From the NCBI GenBank assembly GCA_028715175.1, contig JAQUSJ010000001.1, forward strand, positions 674,386 to 738,385: DNA of 64,000 nt. The letters are read 5' to 3'. The translations under genes and the position numbers were made by a program. This stretch comes from Candidatus Daviesbacteria bacterium (GTDB lineage: Bacteria > Patescibacteriota > Microgenomatia > Daviesbacterales > UBA10151). Of the stretch, positions 55,759 through 64,000 are shown in pieces; position 1 is the first letter of the stretch; every line of letters starts with the position of its first letter. The notes beneath the pieces are model-generated. The model was not told the origin of the DNA. It ran no database searches and saw only the letters and a program-made list of their open reading frames with translations.

Positions 55759-57012
55759 AATATTTTCAAATTTATCAGCACTTTTAAGCGGTCCGATGAT
55801 TTGCAGGTTATATCTATTCTTAACAAATAATTCTTCTGCCAAATTTTGGACATCTTCATTGGTTACTTTATCTATCTTTTTTAATATTTCTTCAAAAGTC
55901 TCTACTTTTCTATCCAAAACAAAGGTTGTCCCAAAATATTCTGCCAAAAAATTAGTTGATTCGCTCTGAAGAGCAATCCGTCCCCGGATCATTTCTTTAG
56001 CTTTTTGTAATTCTTCATCTGCAATTTTTTCTGAAATTAACCTTTTAAACTCCGCAAGAATTACTTCCAATCCTTCATACATTTTTTCCAATTTCAGACC
56101 GCCATAAACAGTAAATGCACCTGTATCCTTGTAATTACCATTGAAGGCGCCTATATTGTAAGCTAGACCTCGCCGCTCTCTTATTTGAATAAATAATCTT
56201 GAAGACATCCCTTCACCCAAAAGAGACGCTAAAACTCTGGCTGTATATTTCTTCTCATCATACCGGTCAAAACCTTCAACCCCTAAAACAAGATTTACCT
56301 GATCCGTATCTTTATAAAAAACATCAACTTTAGATTTTTTCTGATCTACCTTCTTAAAAGGTTTGAATTTATAGTTTGACCTTTTCGGTAAACTCAGGAA
56401 ATATTTTTCAGCAAGTTTTTCAATATCTCTCGGTAGCTTACCTACAATAACTAAAGCCATATTACTTGGCGAATAAAGCGAATCCATATAAGAAATAAAG
56501 TCTCCACGATTAAAAGAAGTAATTATTTTTTCCGTTCCACCAATATCCCAACCCAAAGGCTGATCTCCGTATTGTAATCTTTCATACAATTCCCAAACAT
56601 ATTTTGCTGGATTATCCCGATACATTCTGAGTTCCTCTACAATAACGCCTTTTTCCCGATCAATTTCTTCCTGATTAAGCAAAGATTCTTTAACCATCGA
56701 AGAAAGGATATCCAAAGATAAATCTATATGTTTTACTGCAGATTTAATCCAATAGTAAGTTACCTCCTTATCTGTTGCGGCATTATTAACTGCGCCAATA
56801 CTATCAACTAAAGTAGCAATTTTTTCAGCTGTTGGGAATTTGCTTGAACCTTTAAAAAACATGTGCTCCAAAAAGTGGGAAATACCGTTGATTTTTCTTG
56901 TTTCATATCTTGAACCAGCCCCAACCGCCACCAGAGTCGTCACTGAATCAAGATGAGGAAGATCAATAGTAATTAAAGTTAGACCATTTGCTAAAGTTTT
57001 AATTTGGTGCAT
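55747..57012 (-). CDS. M16-family zinc peptidase (insulinase-like)
   Basis: Inverted zinc motif HFLEH (GISHFLEHMFFKGS) plus a downstream E. 421 aa. Confidence 0.85.
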   Translation of the reverse strand: MHQIKTLANGLTLITIDLPHLDSVTTLVAVGAGSRYETRKINGISHFLEHMFFKGSSKFPTAEKIATLVDSIGAVNNAATDKEVTYYWIKSAVKHIDLSLDILSSMVKESLLNQEEIDREKGVIVEELRMYRDNPAKYVWELYERLQYGDQPLGWDIGGTEKIITSFNRGDFISYMDSLYSPSNMALVIVGKLPRDIEKLAEKYFLSLPKRSNYKFKPFKKVDQKKSKVDVFYKDTDQVNLVLGVEGFDRYDEKKYTARVLASLLGEGMSSRLFIQIRERRGLAYNIGAFNGNYKDTGAFTVYGGLKLEKMYEGLEVILAEFKRLISEKIADEELQKAKEMIRGRIALQSESTNFLAEYFGTTFVLDRKVETFEEILKKIDKVTNEDVQNLAEELFVKNRYNLQIIGPLKSADKFENILSE

Positions 57013-57664
57013 TGATGTGTTTTAACATTTCTTCCACCGTTTGCTCAACTGTCAAATCTGAATTGTCTATCACAACTGCATTTTCCGGAACCCTCAAAGG
57101 AGATACCTCTCTTGTCGTATCTTTTTGATCCCTTTCTTTCATAGCTTTTAAGACGTCTTCATATCTTACATTAGAATCTTTTTTAACAAGTTGCTTAAAA
57201 CGCCTGTTGGCTCTGATTTCTACGTTGGCAGTTAAATAAAATTTATGTTTTGCATCGGGGAAAATTTCCGAACCGATATCTCTTCCTGTCATAACCGTAT
57301 TTTTGGAATGAACTAATTTATATTGTATTAGCTTTGTTACCTCACGTACTTGTCTGATTGCAGAAACAGCAGGAACTATTCCAGTCACTTCCGGATCATG
57401 TAAGCTTTCAGTTATATCCTCACCGTTTGCCAAAAACCTTGGCTGTCCATTTTGTTTAACCTCTATCTGAAGATTTTTAAAAACTCCAACTAACTTTTCT
57501 AAATCATCCAAAGGGATTTTATTCCGCAGAATGAAAATGCAACCGGCCCGGTAAATGGAACCAGAATCAATATATTGATAACCTAATTTTTGAGAAAGTA
57601 AAAATCCGACGCTATTTTTGCCGGAAGAAGTTGGCCCATCAATAGTTATAACTTGCATTTCCAC
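56999..57664 (-). CDS. cmk: cytidylate kinase
   Basis: MEMQVITIDGPTSSGKNSVGFLLSQKLGYQYIDSGSIYRA… (P-loop and CMP-binding region). Confidence 0.85.
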   Translation of the reverse strand: MEMQVITIDGPTSSGKNSVGFLLSQKLGYQYIDSGSIYRAGCIFILRNKIPLDDLEKLVGVFKNLQIEVKQNGQPRFLANGEDITESLHDPEVTGIVPAVSAIRQVREVTKLIQYKLVHSKNTVMTGRDIGSEIFPDAKHKFYLTANVEIRANRRFKQLVKKDSNVRYEDVLKAMKERDQKDTTREVSPLRVPENAVVIDNSDLTVEQTVEEMLKHINAPN

Positions 57665-57679
57665 TAATTTTTAAGTTTA

Positions 57680-59080
57680 TCACAACTTACTAATAATTCT
57701 AGGACCAGCTGAGGTATCCTCTATCTCATATCCTAATTTTTTGATTCTGTGACGGAGTTGATCAGATTCTTTAAAATTACCTGCTTTTCTGGCTTGCTCC
57801 CGCTTTTCAACCAATTCCATCACGTTTTTAGGGACTTCTATTGATTTGCCTAAATATTCATCTAATTTTAATCCCAAAATTTTATCCATTTCCAAAATAC
57901 TTTTGGCTTTGGCAGATGTTGGACACTCGGATCTAACCATATCCCACATCACAGCCAGTGCTTGTGGCATATTTAAATCATAATTTAGCGCATCCATAAA
58001 TTTTTGATAATAAGATTGCCACGCCCCTTCGGGGCTCGCAATGACAGAAGAAGGTAAATCTCGGATAATCTCCCTTAAATTATCCAAGGCATTTTGGGCT
58101 GCCTCCAAACTTTTCCAGGTAAAATTTAATTTATCTCTATAATGGGCTGTTAAAAACAAGTACCTGAGAGCCAGTGGGTCAAATCCTTTCTGTTCTATTT
58201 CATCTATTTTATAAAAATTCTTTTTTGATTTACTCATTTTTTCTCCATCAACCAATAAAAATTCAAAGTGCACCCAGAATCTTACAAACTGCTTTCCTGT
58301 AGCTGCCTCACTTTGAGCAATCTCATTTGTGTGATGTACTGGAATATGATCAATACCTCCTGTATGAATATCAAGGCAGTCATCCAGATATTCCATACTC
58401 ATAGCAGAGCACTCAATATGCCAGCCGGGAAATCCCTCGCCCCAGGGAGACGGCCACCTCATGCTATGGTCTTTAAAATGCCCTACTGTAAAAAACCAAA
58501 GCGCAAAATCATACGGGTTTTTCTTTTGCTTATCTACCACCACATCAACCCTTACTCCAACTTGCTTTTCCTGCAATTTTTGTCCTGATAATTCTGTATA
58601 GTTTGGAAATTTACTTATATCAAAATAAACTGCCTGGTCTGTTTGATAAATAAAACCGTTTTTTTCTAACTTATGAATTAATTTAATCTGTTCTGCAATA
58701 TGATCTGTAGCTTTAGCAACAATACTTGGTCTTTCTATATTAACCGTATCAACCGATTTCCAAAAATAATCTTCAAAGAATTTGGCAACTTCCCAGACAG
58801 TTCTACCGAATTCCCTTGCTCCTTTTTCCATTTTATCCTCACCCGAATCTTCGTCAGAAACCAAATGTCCCACATCAGTGATATTCATCACATGTTTAAC
58901 TTCATATTTATTAGCTTCCAGAATTCTTCTTAAAATATCGTTGCCTACATATGTACGAAGGTGACCAATATGGGTATAGTCGTAAACAGTTGGTCCGCAA
59001 GAATACATACCCACCTTAGGTGGATTTAAAGGAGCAAATTTTTCAATCTTTCGGCTTAATGTATTATAGAGGTTTAACAT
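57680..59080 (-). CDS. cysS: cysteine--tRNA ligase
   Basis: HIGH (YTHIGHLRTYV), KMSKS (KMSKSKKN), zinc-binding Cys (YSCGPTVY) and the CysRS anticodon-binding C-terminus. 466 aa. Confidence 0.9.
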   Translation of the reverse strand: MLNLYNTLSRKIEKFAPLNPPKVGMYSCGPTVYDYTHIGHLRTYVGNDILRRILEANKYEVKHVMNITDVGHLVSDEDSGEDKMEKGAREFGRTVWEVAKFFEDYFWKSVDTVNIERPSIVAKATDHIAEQIKLIHKLEKNGFIYQTDQAVYFDISKFPNYTELSGQKLQEKQVGVRVDVVVDKQKKNPYDFALWFFTVGHFKDHSMRWPSPWGEGFPGWHIECSAMSMEYLDDCLDIHTGGIDHIPVHHTNEIAQSEAATGKQFVRFWVHFEFLLVDGEKMSKSKKNFYKIDEIEQKGFDPLALRYLFLTAHYRDKLNFTWKSLEAAQNALDNLREIIRDLPSSVIASPEGAWQSYYQKFMDALNYDLNMPQALAVMWDMVRSECPTSAKAKSILEMDKILGLKLDEYLGKSIEVPKNVMELVEKREQARKAGNFKESDQLRHRIKKLGYEIEDTSAGPRIISKL

Positions 59081-59086
59081 TCCTTC

Positions 59087-59491
59087 CTACCCTCCTACTC
59101 CTCTTTTGAACTCGGCCTTTCCGGCATAAAAAGTTGCCGGATTAATAGGCTGGTTTTTCTTTTGTTCTTTTTTTATTTCAATAACTTGTTTTTCTTGCTG
59201 TTGAGTTTGTAACTTCTGCATTTCTTTTTGTTTATTTTGCTGCCTTACTGCTTTTTGTTCCTGATCTATTTTTTGATAAAAGGCAATTTTTCGTCTTGCC
59301 TCTGTCAATTTTTTTTGATCTTCCAATTGTTTTTGTTGAATTTGTTGAGGAGTTAGTTGTGTTCCAACTACGGATTGCACCCCTTGTTCCAAAGCCTCTC
59401 CCACTGAATCCTTAACATCTTTTGCAACTTCACCAGCTGCTTGGGCTACTTCTCCGCCAAATTGTTTAATAGCATTTCCACCATCAGCCAT
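59087..59491 (-). CDS. hypothetical Q/K-rich coiled-coil protein
   Basis: 134 aa, low complexity (…QQIQQKQLEDQKKL…KQKEMQKLQTQQQEKQ…). 6 bp downstream of cysS. Confidence 0.4.
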   Translation of the reverse strand: MADGGNAIKQFGGEVAQAAGEVAKDVKDSVGEALEQGVQSVVGTQLTPQQIQQKQLEDQKKLTEARRKIAFYQKIDQEQKAVRQQNKQKEMQKLQTQQQEKQVIEIKKEQKKNQPINPATFYAGKAEFKRGVGG

Positions 59492-59508
59492 GAATACATT
59501 CTAGCATA

Positions 59509-60105
59509 TTAATACTCTTTTCTTCCCTCCAGCGCCCTAGATAAAGTTGTCTCGTCCGCATATTCCAGATCAGATCCAACCGGCAACCCCCTGGCAATTC
59601 TTGTTATTTTTACTCCTAAAGGTTGAATCAATCTTTGAATATACATGGCAGTTGCCTCTCCTTCCATGGTCGGATTTGTGGCCAAAATTATTTCCTTAAC
59701 AGCGCCGCTTTTAAGTCTTGGCAAAAGTTCTTTAATATGAATTTCCGATGGACCGATATTTTCTAAAGGAGAAATTACTCCATGTAAAACATGGTAAAGT
59801 CCTTTAAAATTTGCTTTTTCCAGCGCCAATACATCCAACGGATCCTCTACGATAGCGATCACCGATGCATCACGGGAGGAATCGGAACAAATCTGGCATT
59901 GATCTTCTTCTCCAACGTTAAAACAAATTGAACAGATTTTCGTTTTCTCTTTCATTCCAACAGCAGCTTCGGCCAAAGCTTTTGCTTCTTCTAAAGGTGC
60001 ATGCAAAAGATAGTAAGTGAGTCTTTGAGCAGTCTTCGGTCCAATGCCGGGGAGTCTTTCAAATGCCTCAATTAAATTTTGTACAGACTTTGGAACTTGC
60101 GCCAT
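59509..60105 (-). CDS. recR: recombination protein RecR
   Basis: HhH (LPGIGPKTAQRL), C4 zinc finger (CSICFNVGEEDQCQIC), Toprim domain. 198 aa. Confidence 0.9.
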   Translation of the reverse strand: MAQVPKSVQNLIEAFERLPGIGPKTAQRLTYYLLHAPLEEAKALAEAAVGMKEKTKICSICFNVGEEDQCQICSDSSRDASVIAIVEDPLDVLALEKANFKGLYHVLHGVISPLENIGPSEIHIKELLPRLKSGAVKEIILATNPTMEGEATAMYIQRLIQPLGVKITRIARGLPVGSDLEYADETTLSRALEGRKEY

Positions 60106-60156
60106 TTCGAAGCCAATTTTACCAAGTATATTGTATTATGTATAGTGTATATAGGG

Positions 60157-60528
60157 ATGCAAGAAAAAATTCAATCTTTTACTGATCTAAATGCCTGGAA
60201 AGAAGCTCATAAATTAGCTCTGTTAGTTTATAGATTAACTAGTGATTTTCCTATCAGCGAAAAATACTCTTTAATTGATCAAATGAGACGAGCTGCTGTA
60301 TCAATTAGTTCCAATATCGCAGAAGGATTTTCAAGACAAAGCAATAAAGAAAAACTTCAATTTTATTATACTGCCAAAGGATCTTTAACTGAACTGCAAA
60401 ATCAACTATTGCTAAGCCAAGATATTGGCTACATTAAAAAGGATATTTTTAACAAAATCGCGGAGCAAACAGTAGTAGTTGGAAAATTATTAACAGGCTT
60501 AATTAAAGCAATCAAATCCCGTTCTTGA
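60157..60528 (+). CDS. four-helix-bundle protein (23S rRNA intervening-sequence protein family)
   Basis: …DQMRRAAVSISSNIAEGFSRQSNKEKLQFYYTAKGSLTELQNQLLLSQDIGYI… is characteristic of this family. Start set to the internal Met. Confidence 0.75.
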   Translation: MQEKIQSFTDLNAWKEAHKLALLVYRLTSDFPISEKYSLIDQMRRAAVSISSNIAEGFSRQSNKEKLQFYYTAKGSLTELQNQLLLSQDIGYIKKDIFNKIAEQTVVVGKLLTGLIKAIKSRS

Positions 60529-60567
60529 CCCAATATACTTTATACTCTATACGCTATACTAATTTGG

Positions 60568-60846
60568 TCACATTCCAGGAATACCCATACCACCCATTAA
60601 ACCTTTCATTTCATCAGCTGCAACTTTTTGGGATTGTTTTAATGCTTCATTAACAGCCTCTGTAACTTTATTTGGATCCATATCCCCTGAAATCGATTGA
60701 ACTTTTTGATCCGCAGTCATTACAACAGTGACGCCTTTGTGTTCAATTGTAATCTTGATCCCTGCCAGTTTCTTTTGCACTTCCATTGCCTGATCTCTCA
60801 TCTTTTTGAGATCCCCAAGCTGTTTTAGATTATCCATTATTCCCAT
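60568..60846 (-). CDS. ybaB: nucleoid-associated protein YbaB/EbfC
   Basis: MGIMDNLKQLGDLKKMRDQAMEVQKKLA…VTVVMTADQKVQSISGD… plus C-terminal MGGMGIPGM. Confidence 0.85.
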   Translation of the reverse strand: MGIMDNLKQLGDLKKMRDQAMEVQKKLAGIKITIEHKGVTVVMTADQKVQSISGDMDPNKVTEAVNEALKQSQKVAADEMKGLMGGMGIPGM

Positions 60847-60900
60847 AATTAGTTATTGGTTGGTAGTTATGAGTTCGTAGTGATTTATTATTTTTTCTAT

Positions 60901-60928
60901 GAACTACGAACTATGAACTCTGAACCCT
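60901..60928. repeat. heptamer tandem array GAACTMY x4 at the 3' end of folD
   Basis: Read directly. Encodes the folD C-terminal …RRVQSS and its TAG stop. An inverted partial copy (GAGTTCGTAG) lies at 60871..60880. Confidence 0.8.
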
Positions 60929-61753
60929 CCTTGCTGATTCTATCACATTTTCCAAAAGCGACACAATTGTTAAAGGCCCAATTCCGCCGATAGTCGGACA
61001 ATACAATTTGGCTTTTTGAGAAACTGTCGCTTCCTCAATATCACCAAAGATTTTTTCTTCTTGATCTACTAATTCTTTTCCCACCCCAACTCCAATTACG
61101 AAACTGCCTTTTTTAATTTTTTCTCCTGTGATAATGTTCTTTCTTCCTGTTGCAGATATTATTACATCAGCATTTTTAATTAGTTTATCAGGATTTTCTG
61201 TTTTGGAATCAATCAAAGCAAAAAATATGCCCTTCTCTTCTAATAAGCCTCTAATTGGTCCACCAGCAGTTTTTCCTTTTCCCAAAAGAACTATACTTTT
61301 GCCTTTTAAAAATTTTTCTGCAGAAGAAAATCCTTCCAAGGAAGCAAAAGCCTTCAGCATTTCCCAGACAGCCAATGCTGTAGCCCCTCTATAGGGGGAA
61401 TCATTGCGGAATCCATCTACGTCTTTTCCGGAATCGATTTTGGAAATTAGATTATCAAAATCCCAATCCTCATATGTTGGATATTGGACAATTATTCCAT
61501 GAATCTTTTTGTCCTCATTTAATTTTTGTATCGCCATTAAACAATCATTAAATTGATTCCGGGAGAATTCAAGCAGCCGTGTTTTAATACCAAGTTGCTG
61601 CGCTCTTTTGATCTTGTTATTTACATAAATCCTGGATGCAGGGTTATTTCCTGCTAAAATTATTGCCAAGCAGGGTTTAATTTTTAATTTTCCTACTTGT
61701 TTTTTTAAGTTTTTTGAAATAGCATCTGCAACGTCTTTTCCGGATACTTTCAC
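60911..61753 (-). CDS. folD: bifunctional methylenetetrahydrofolate dehydrogenase / methenyl-THF cyclohydrolase
   Basis: …CLAIILAGNNPASRIYVNNKIKRAQQLGI… and NAD(P) Rossmann domain VVLLGKGKTAGGP. 280 aa. Confidence 0.9.
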   Translation of the reverse strand: MKVSGKDVADAISKNLKKQVGKLKIKPCLAIILAGNNPASRIYVNNKIKRAQQLGIKTRLLEFSRNQFNDCLMAIQKLNEDKKIHGIIVQYPTYEDWDFDNLISKIDSGKDVDGFRNDSPYRGATALAVWEMLKAFASLEGFSSAEKFLKGKSIVLLGKGKTAGGPIRGLLEEKGIFFALIDSKTENPDKLIKNADVIISATGRKNIITGEKIKKGSFVIGVGVGKELVDQEEKIFGDIEEATVSQKAKLYCPTIGGIGPLTIVSLLENVIESARRVQSS

Positions 61754-61755
61754 TT

Positions 61756-63060
61756 TTATTTGATCCCTGGAACCGGAAATTTTCCGGCAAATTTTTCAAC
61801 TTCTTTTCTGATTATTTTAAGATTTTTGTTTTTGTGAATTTCTTTTTTAACTTCCTTTAAAAAATCTTTTCTTTTTTCCTGCTCTTTTGGCAAATCAAGA
61901 CCTCTTATCTCTTCCAAAACTCTTTTGATCCAACCGGCAATTTTAATCATATCACTGGCTTTCATTCCTCTTGAAGTTAGTGCCGGTGTCCCCAGACGAA
62001 TACCTGAAGGATAAAAAGGAGAAGCCGGTTCACCGGGGATTGTATTTTTGTTAACTGTAATCCCTGCTTCTTCCAGTGCATATTGCGCCTGATATCCCAT
62101 TCCATATCCGTATTTGGTTAAACTTAAAAGTATCAGGTGAGTTTCCGAAACAGTACCTAGTTCTTTCGCCAAAACCGATGCATTTTTGGCAATTTGAGCA
62201 GCGTATTTCTTAAATGAAGGTTTCAAAGCCTCTTCCAAACTGACAGCGATTGCTGCTGTTTGGTGATTATGCGGACCTCCCTGGATACCGGGAATTATTG
62301 CCCTTTCTATTTTCCCTTTTATTTCCGGATCTCTTTTTAACCCTCGCTCCGTTACTAAAATCATCGCCCCTCTCGGACCTCTTAATGTCTTATGCGTTGT
62401 CGTCATAACTATATCAACATAAGGCACCGGTGATTCATGTACGCCACCTATTATTAACCCTGTGATATGCGAACAGTCCGCAACAAGCGTTGCATCAACC
62501 ATATCAGCGATTTTTCTAAATTTTTTGTAATCCAGCTTAAAAGGGTATGCTGTTGTTCCCACCCAGATTAATTTTGGTTTGTGCTTTTTGGCCAAAGTTT
62601 CTAACTCTTTGAAATCTATTTTCCAATCTTTGCCAACAGAATAGTTGACTGCCTTATAAAAAATACTGGAAAAACTTAAATGAGCACCGTGAGTTAAGTG
62701 TCCTCCTGAGGATAGTGCAAGCCCCATTACCACATCCCCCGGCTCACAAACTGCCATAGTAATTGCCATATTTGCCGGAGAACCGGAGTAGGATTGTACA
62801 AATGCGGCTGGAACTCCGAATAATTTTTTTGCCAAATCTACTGCATAACTTTCAATTTTATCTATAACTTCATTACCGCCATAATACCTTCTGCCCGGAA
62901 AACCTTCCGAGTACTTATTAGTCAAAATTGAACCCAAAGCTTTTAGAACATCAGAAGAAACATAGTTCTCAGAAGGTATCATTTCCAAGCCGTATTTCTG
63001 TCGGTAAGCTTCTTCCGCAATTAACTTAAATACCTTTTTTGTAGCAACGTGTGATGACAT
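61756..63060 (-). CDS. glyA: serine hydroxymethyltransferase
   Basis: …GLEMIPSENYVS… and the PLP-lysine region TTTHKTLRGPRGAMIL. 434 aa. Confidence 0.9.
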   Translation of the reverse strand: MSSHVATKKVFKLIAEEAYRQKYGLEMIPSENYVSSDVLKALGSILTNKYSEGFPGRRYYGGNEVIDKIESYAVDLAKKLFGVPAAFVQSYSGSPANMAITMAVCEPGDVVMGLALSSGGHLTHGAHLSFSSIFYKAVNYSVGKDWKIDFKELETLAKKHKPKLIWVGTTAYPFKLDYKKFRKIADMVDATLVADCSHITGLIIGGVHESPVPYVDIVMTTTHKTLRGPRGAMILVTERGLKRDPEIKGKIERAIIPGIQGGPHNHQTAAIAVSLEEALKPSFKKYAAQIAKNASVLAKELGTVSETHLILLSLTKYGYGMGYQAQYALEEAGITVNKNTIPGEPASPFYPSGIRLGTPALTSRGMKASDMIKIAGWIKRVLEEIRGLDLPKEQEKRKDFLKEVKKEIHKNKNLKIIRKEVEKFAGKFPVPGIK

Positions 63061-63124
63061 GAATGAAAGTATTGTTGACTACAAAACGTTAATTGTCAAT
63101 ACTTCACTTCAACTTTGTTCAGTA

Positions 63125-63153
63125 TTGACCCTGAGCGAAGCCGAATGGGTCAA
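63125..63153. repeat. Family-A element copy (TTGACCCTGAGCGAAGCCGAATGGGTCAA), intergenic upstream of glyA
   Basis: Read directly. A neighbouring AAGTATTG…CAATACTT hairpin lies at 63068..63103. Confidence 0.65.
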
Positions 63154-63188
63154 GATACAACTATGTAAACTGCTTGTACAAGGGGAAA

Positions 63189-64000
63189 TTAATTTACAAT
63201 ATCGGAATTAAAGATTTCGGCAGCGGCTCTGATTATTTCATCATCCGCCGCCAATTCTACATTAGCAACATCTTCCGCTTTTGAGGGACGGTTACCCAAT
63301 ATAGTAGATATTCTGATGCTCCTTCCCAAAATATCGGAAAGAATTGATTCCAACAAATCCTTATTTTTAGGAGCTTCCAAAATTCGCTGGTGAAAAGAAT
63401 AAGGAACCTCCATTATGACCGAAGTATCCGTGCATTCTCTAACATTGATAGACCGCAGTAGCGCTTCCAGAGAAAAATTAAACGGCCGGATAGTTTCCAG
63501 TACAAAAGTCCACTTTTCTTTTATTTTTAAAATATCAGAAGAAACAGAAGGTGACGGATCAACGAGCGCGCTTTCCACCTTCAAACTTCTATCTTCTACA
63601 TCTATCTTCAATTTTCCATCATCTATCGTCGCATCTGGTTTCTTCCTATCATCTGACGACTGTTCCCCACAAATTTCCACCACAGCCAATTCCAATGGCA
63701 GTGACGGAATGGAGGTAAATTTTAATTTTTCTATAGCTTCCTGCAGGATATTCAAGTCCAGAATTAATTCCTGATTGGTAAAATTTTCAGCAATCCTTAA
63801 AAGTTTCTGGTACTTATCTTCGGTTAATTGATGTTTAACTAATTGTTCACCCACCCCATTTTTAATTAGTATCAAACTCCTCAAAACATCCATCAAAGAC
63901 AAAGTTAATTCTTTAATATCTCCTCCATTTTCCATATATTTGCCGATATCCAACAGTCCGGCGTCTGCATTTTTGTTTTTAAGATTTTGAATAAAGTTTA
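63189..64000 (-). CDS. dnaX: DNA polymerase III subunit gamma/tau, C-terminal portion (gene presumably continues past the window end)
   Basis: …KWTFVLETIRPFNFSLEALLRSINVRECTDTSVIMEVPYSFHQRIL…ILGRSIRI… matches the DnaX C-terminal domain, and the conserved dnaX-ybaB-recR neighbourhood supports it. Contains a Family-C element in frame. Confidence 0.7.
   Translation of the reverse strand, partial: NFIQNLKNKNADAGLLDIGKYMENGGDIKELTLSLMDVLRSLILIKNGVGEQLVKHQLTEDKYQKLLRIAENFTNQELILDLNILQEAIEKLKFTSIPSLPLELAVVEICGEQSSDDRKKPDATIDDGKLKIDVEDRSLKVESALVDPSPSVSSDILKIKEKWTFVLETIRPFNFSLEALLRSINVRECTDTSVIMEVPYSFHQRILEAPKNKDLLESILSDILGRSIRISTILGNRPSKAEDVANVELAADDEIIRAAAEIFNSDIVN
63588..63630. repeat. Family-C element (TCTATCTTCTACATCTATCTTCAATTTTCCATCATCTATCGTC), in frame in dnaX
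   Basis: Read directly; encodes …TIDDGKLKIDVEDRSLKV… in the variable linker. Confidence 0.65.

Overview
AT-rich bacterial chromosomal segment, almost entirely coding, with most genes on the minus strand. TGA is used as an ordinary stop codon throughout, so the standard bacterial code (11) applies. Housekeeping content: a galU fragment, efp, pepN, tRNA-Leu(CAA), dnaB, rpmE-prfA-prmC, htrA, ctpA, the rpsF-ssb-rpsR operon, ychF, a ppsA-eno-gpm block, cmk, cysS, recR, ybaB, folD, glyA and the 3' part of dnaX. Positions about 36.0-54.8 kb hold a nearly complete de novo purine supercluster: purF, purN, purD, a PurS-PurS-PurL fusion, purQ, guaA, purA, two tandem archaeal-type purP genes, purH, purB, purE, purC, prs and purM. 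An accessory stretch at 22.6-29.3 kb encodes secreted and membrane proteins (TspO, an S9-like hydrolase, a beta-propeller protein, a CPBP protease). The compact layout, the four-helix-bundle gene and many small proteins resemble Patescibacteria/CPR-style genomes, but this is unverified, and a full purine pathway would be atypical for that group. The most striking content is non-genic. At least three families of short GC-rich palindromic elements, plus a set of heptamer x4 tandem arrays, sit in frame inside conserved genes (pepN, guaA, purL, ychF, dnaX, prmC). At several gene ends they donate the stop or start codon (purE/purC, purM, folD, rpsF and the metallo-hydrolase gene). No rRNA, CRISPR array, transposase or integrase was seen.
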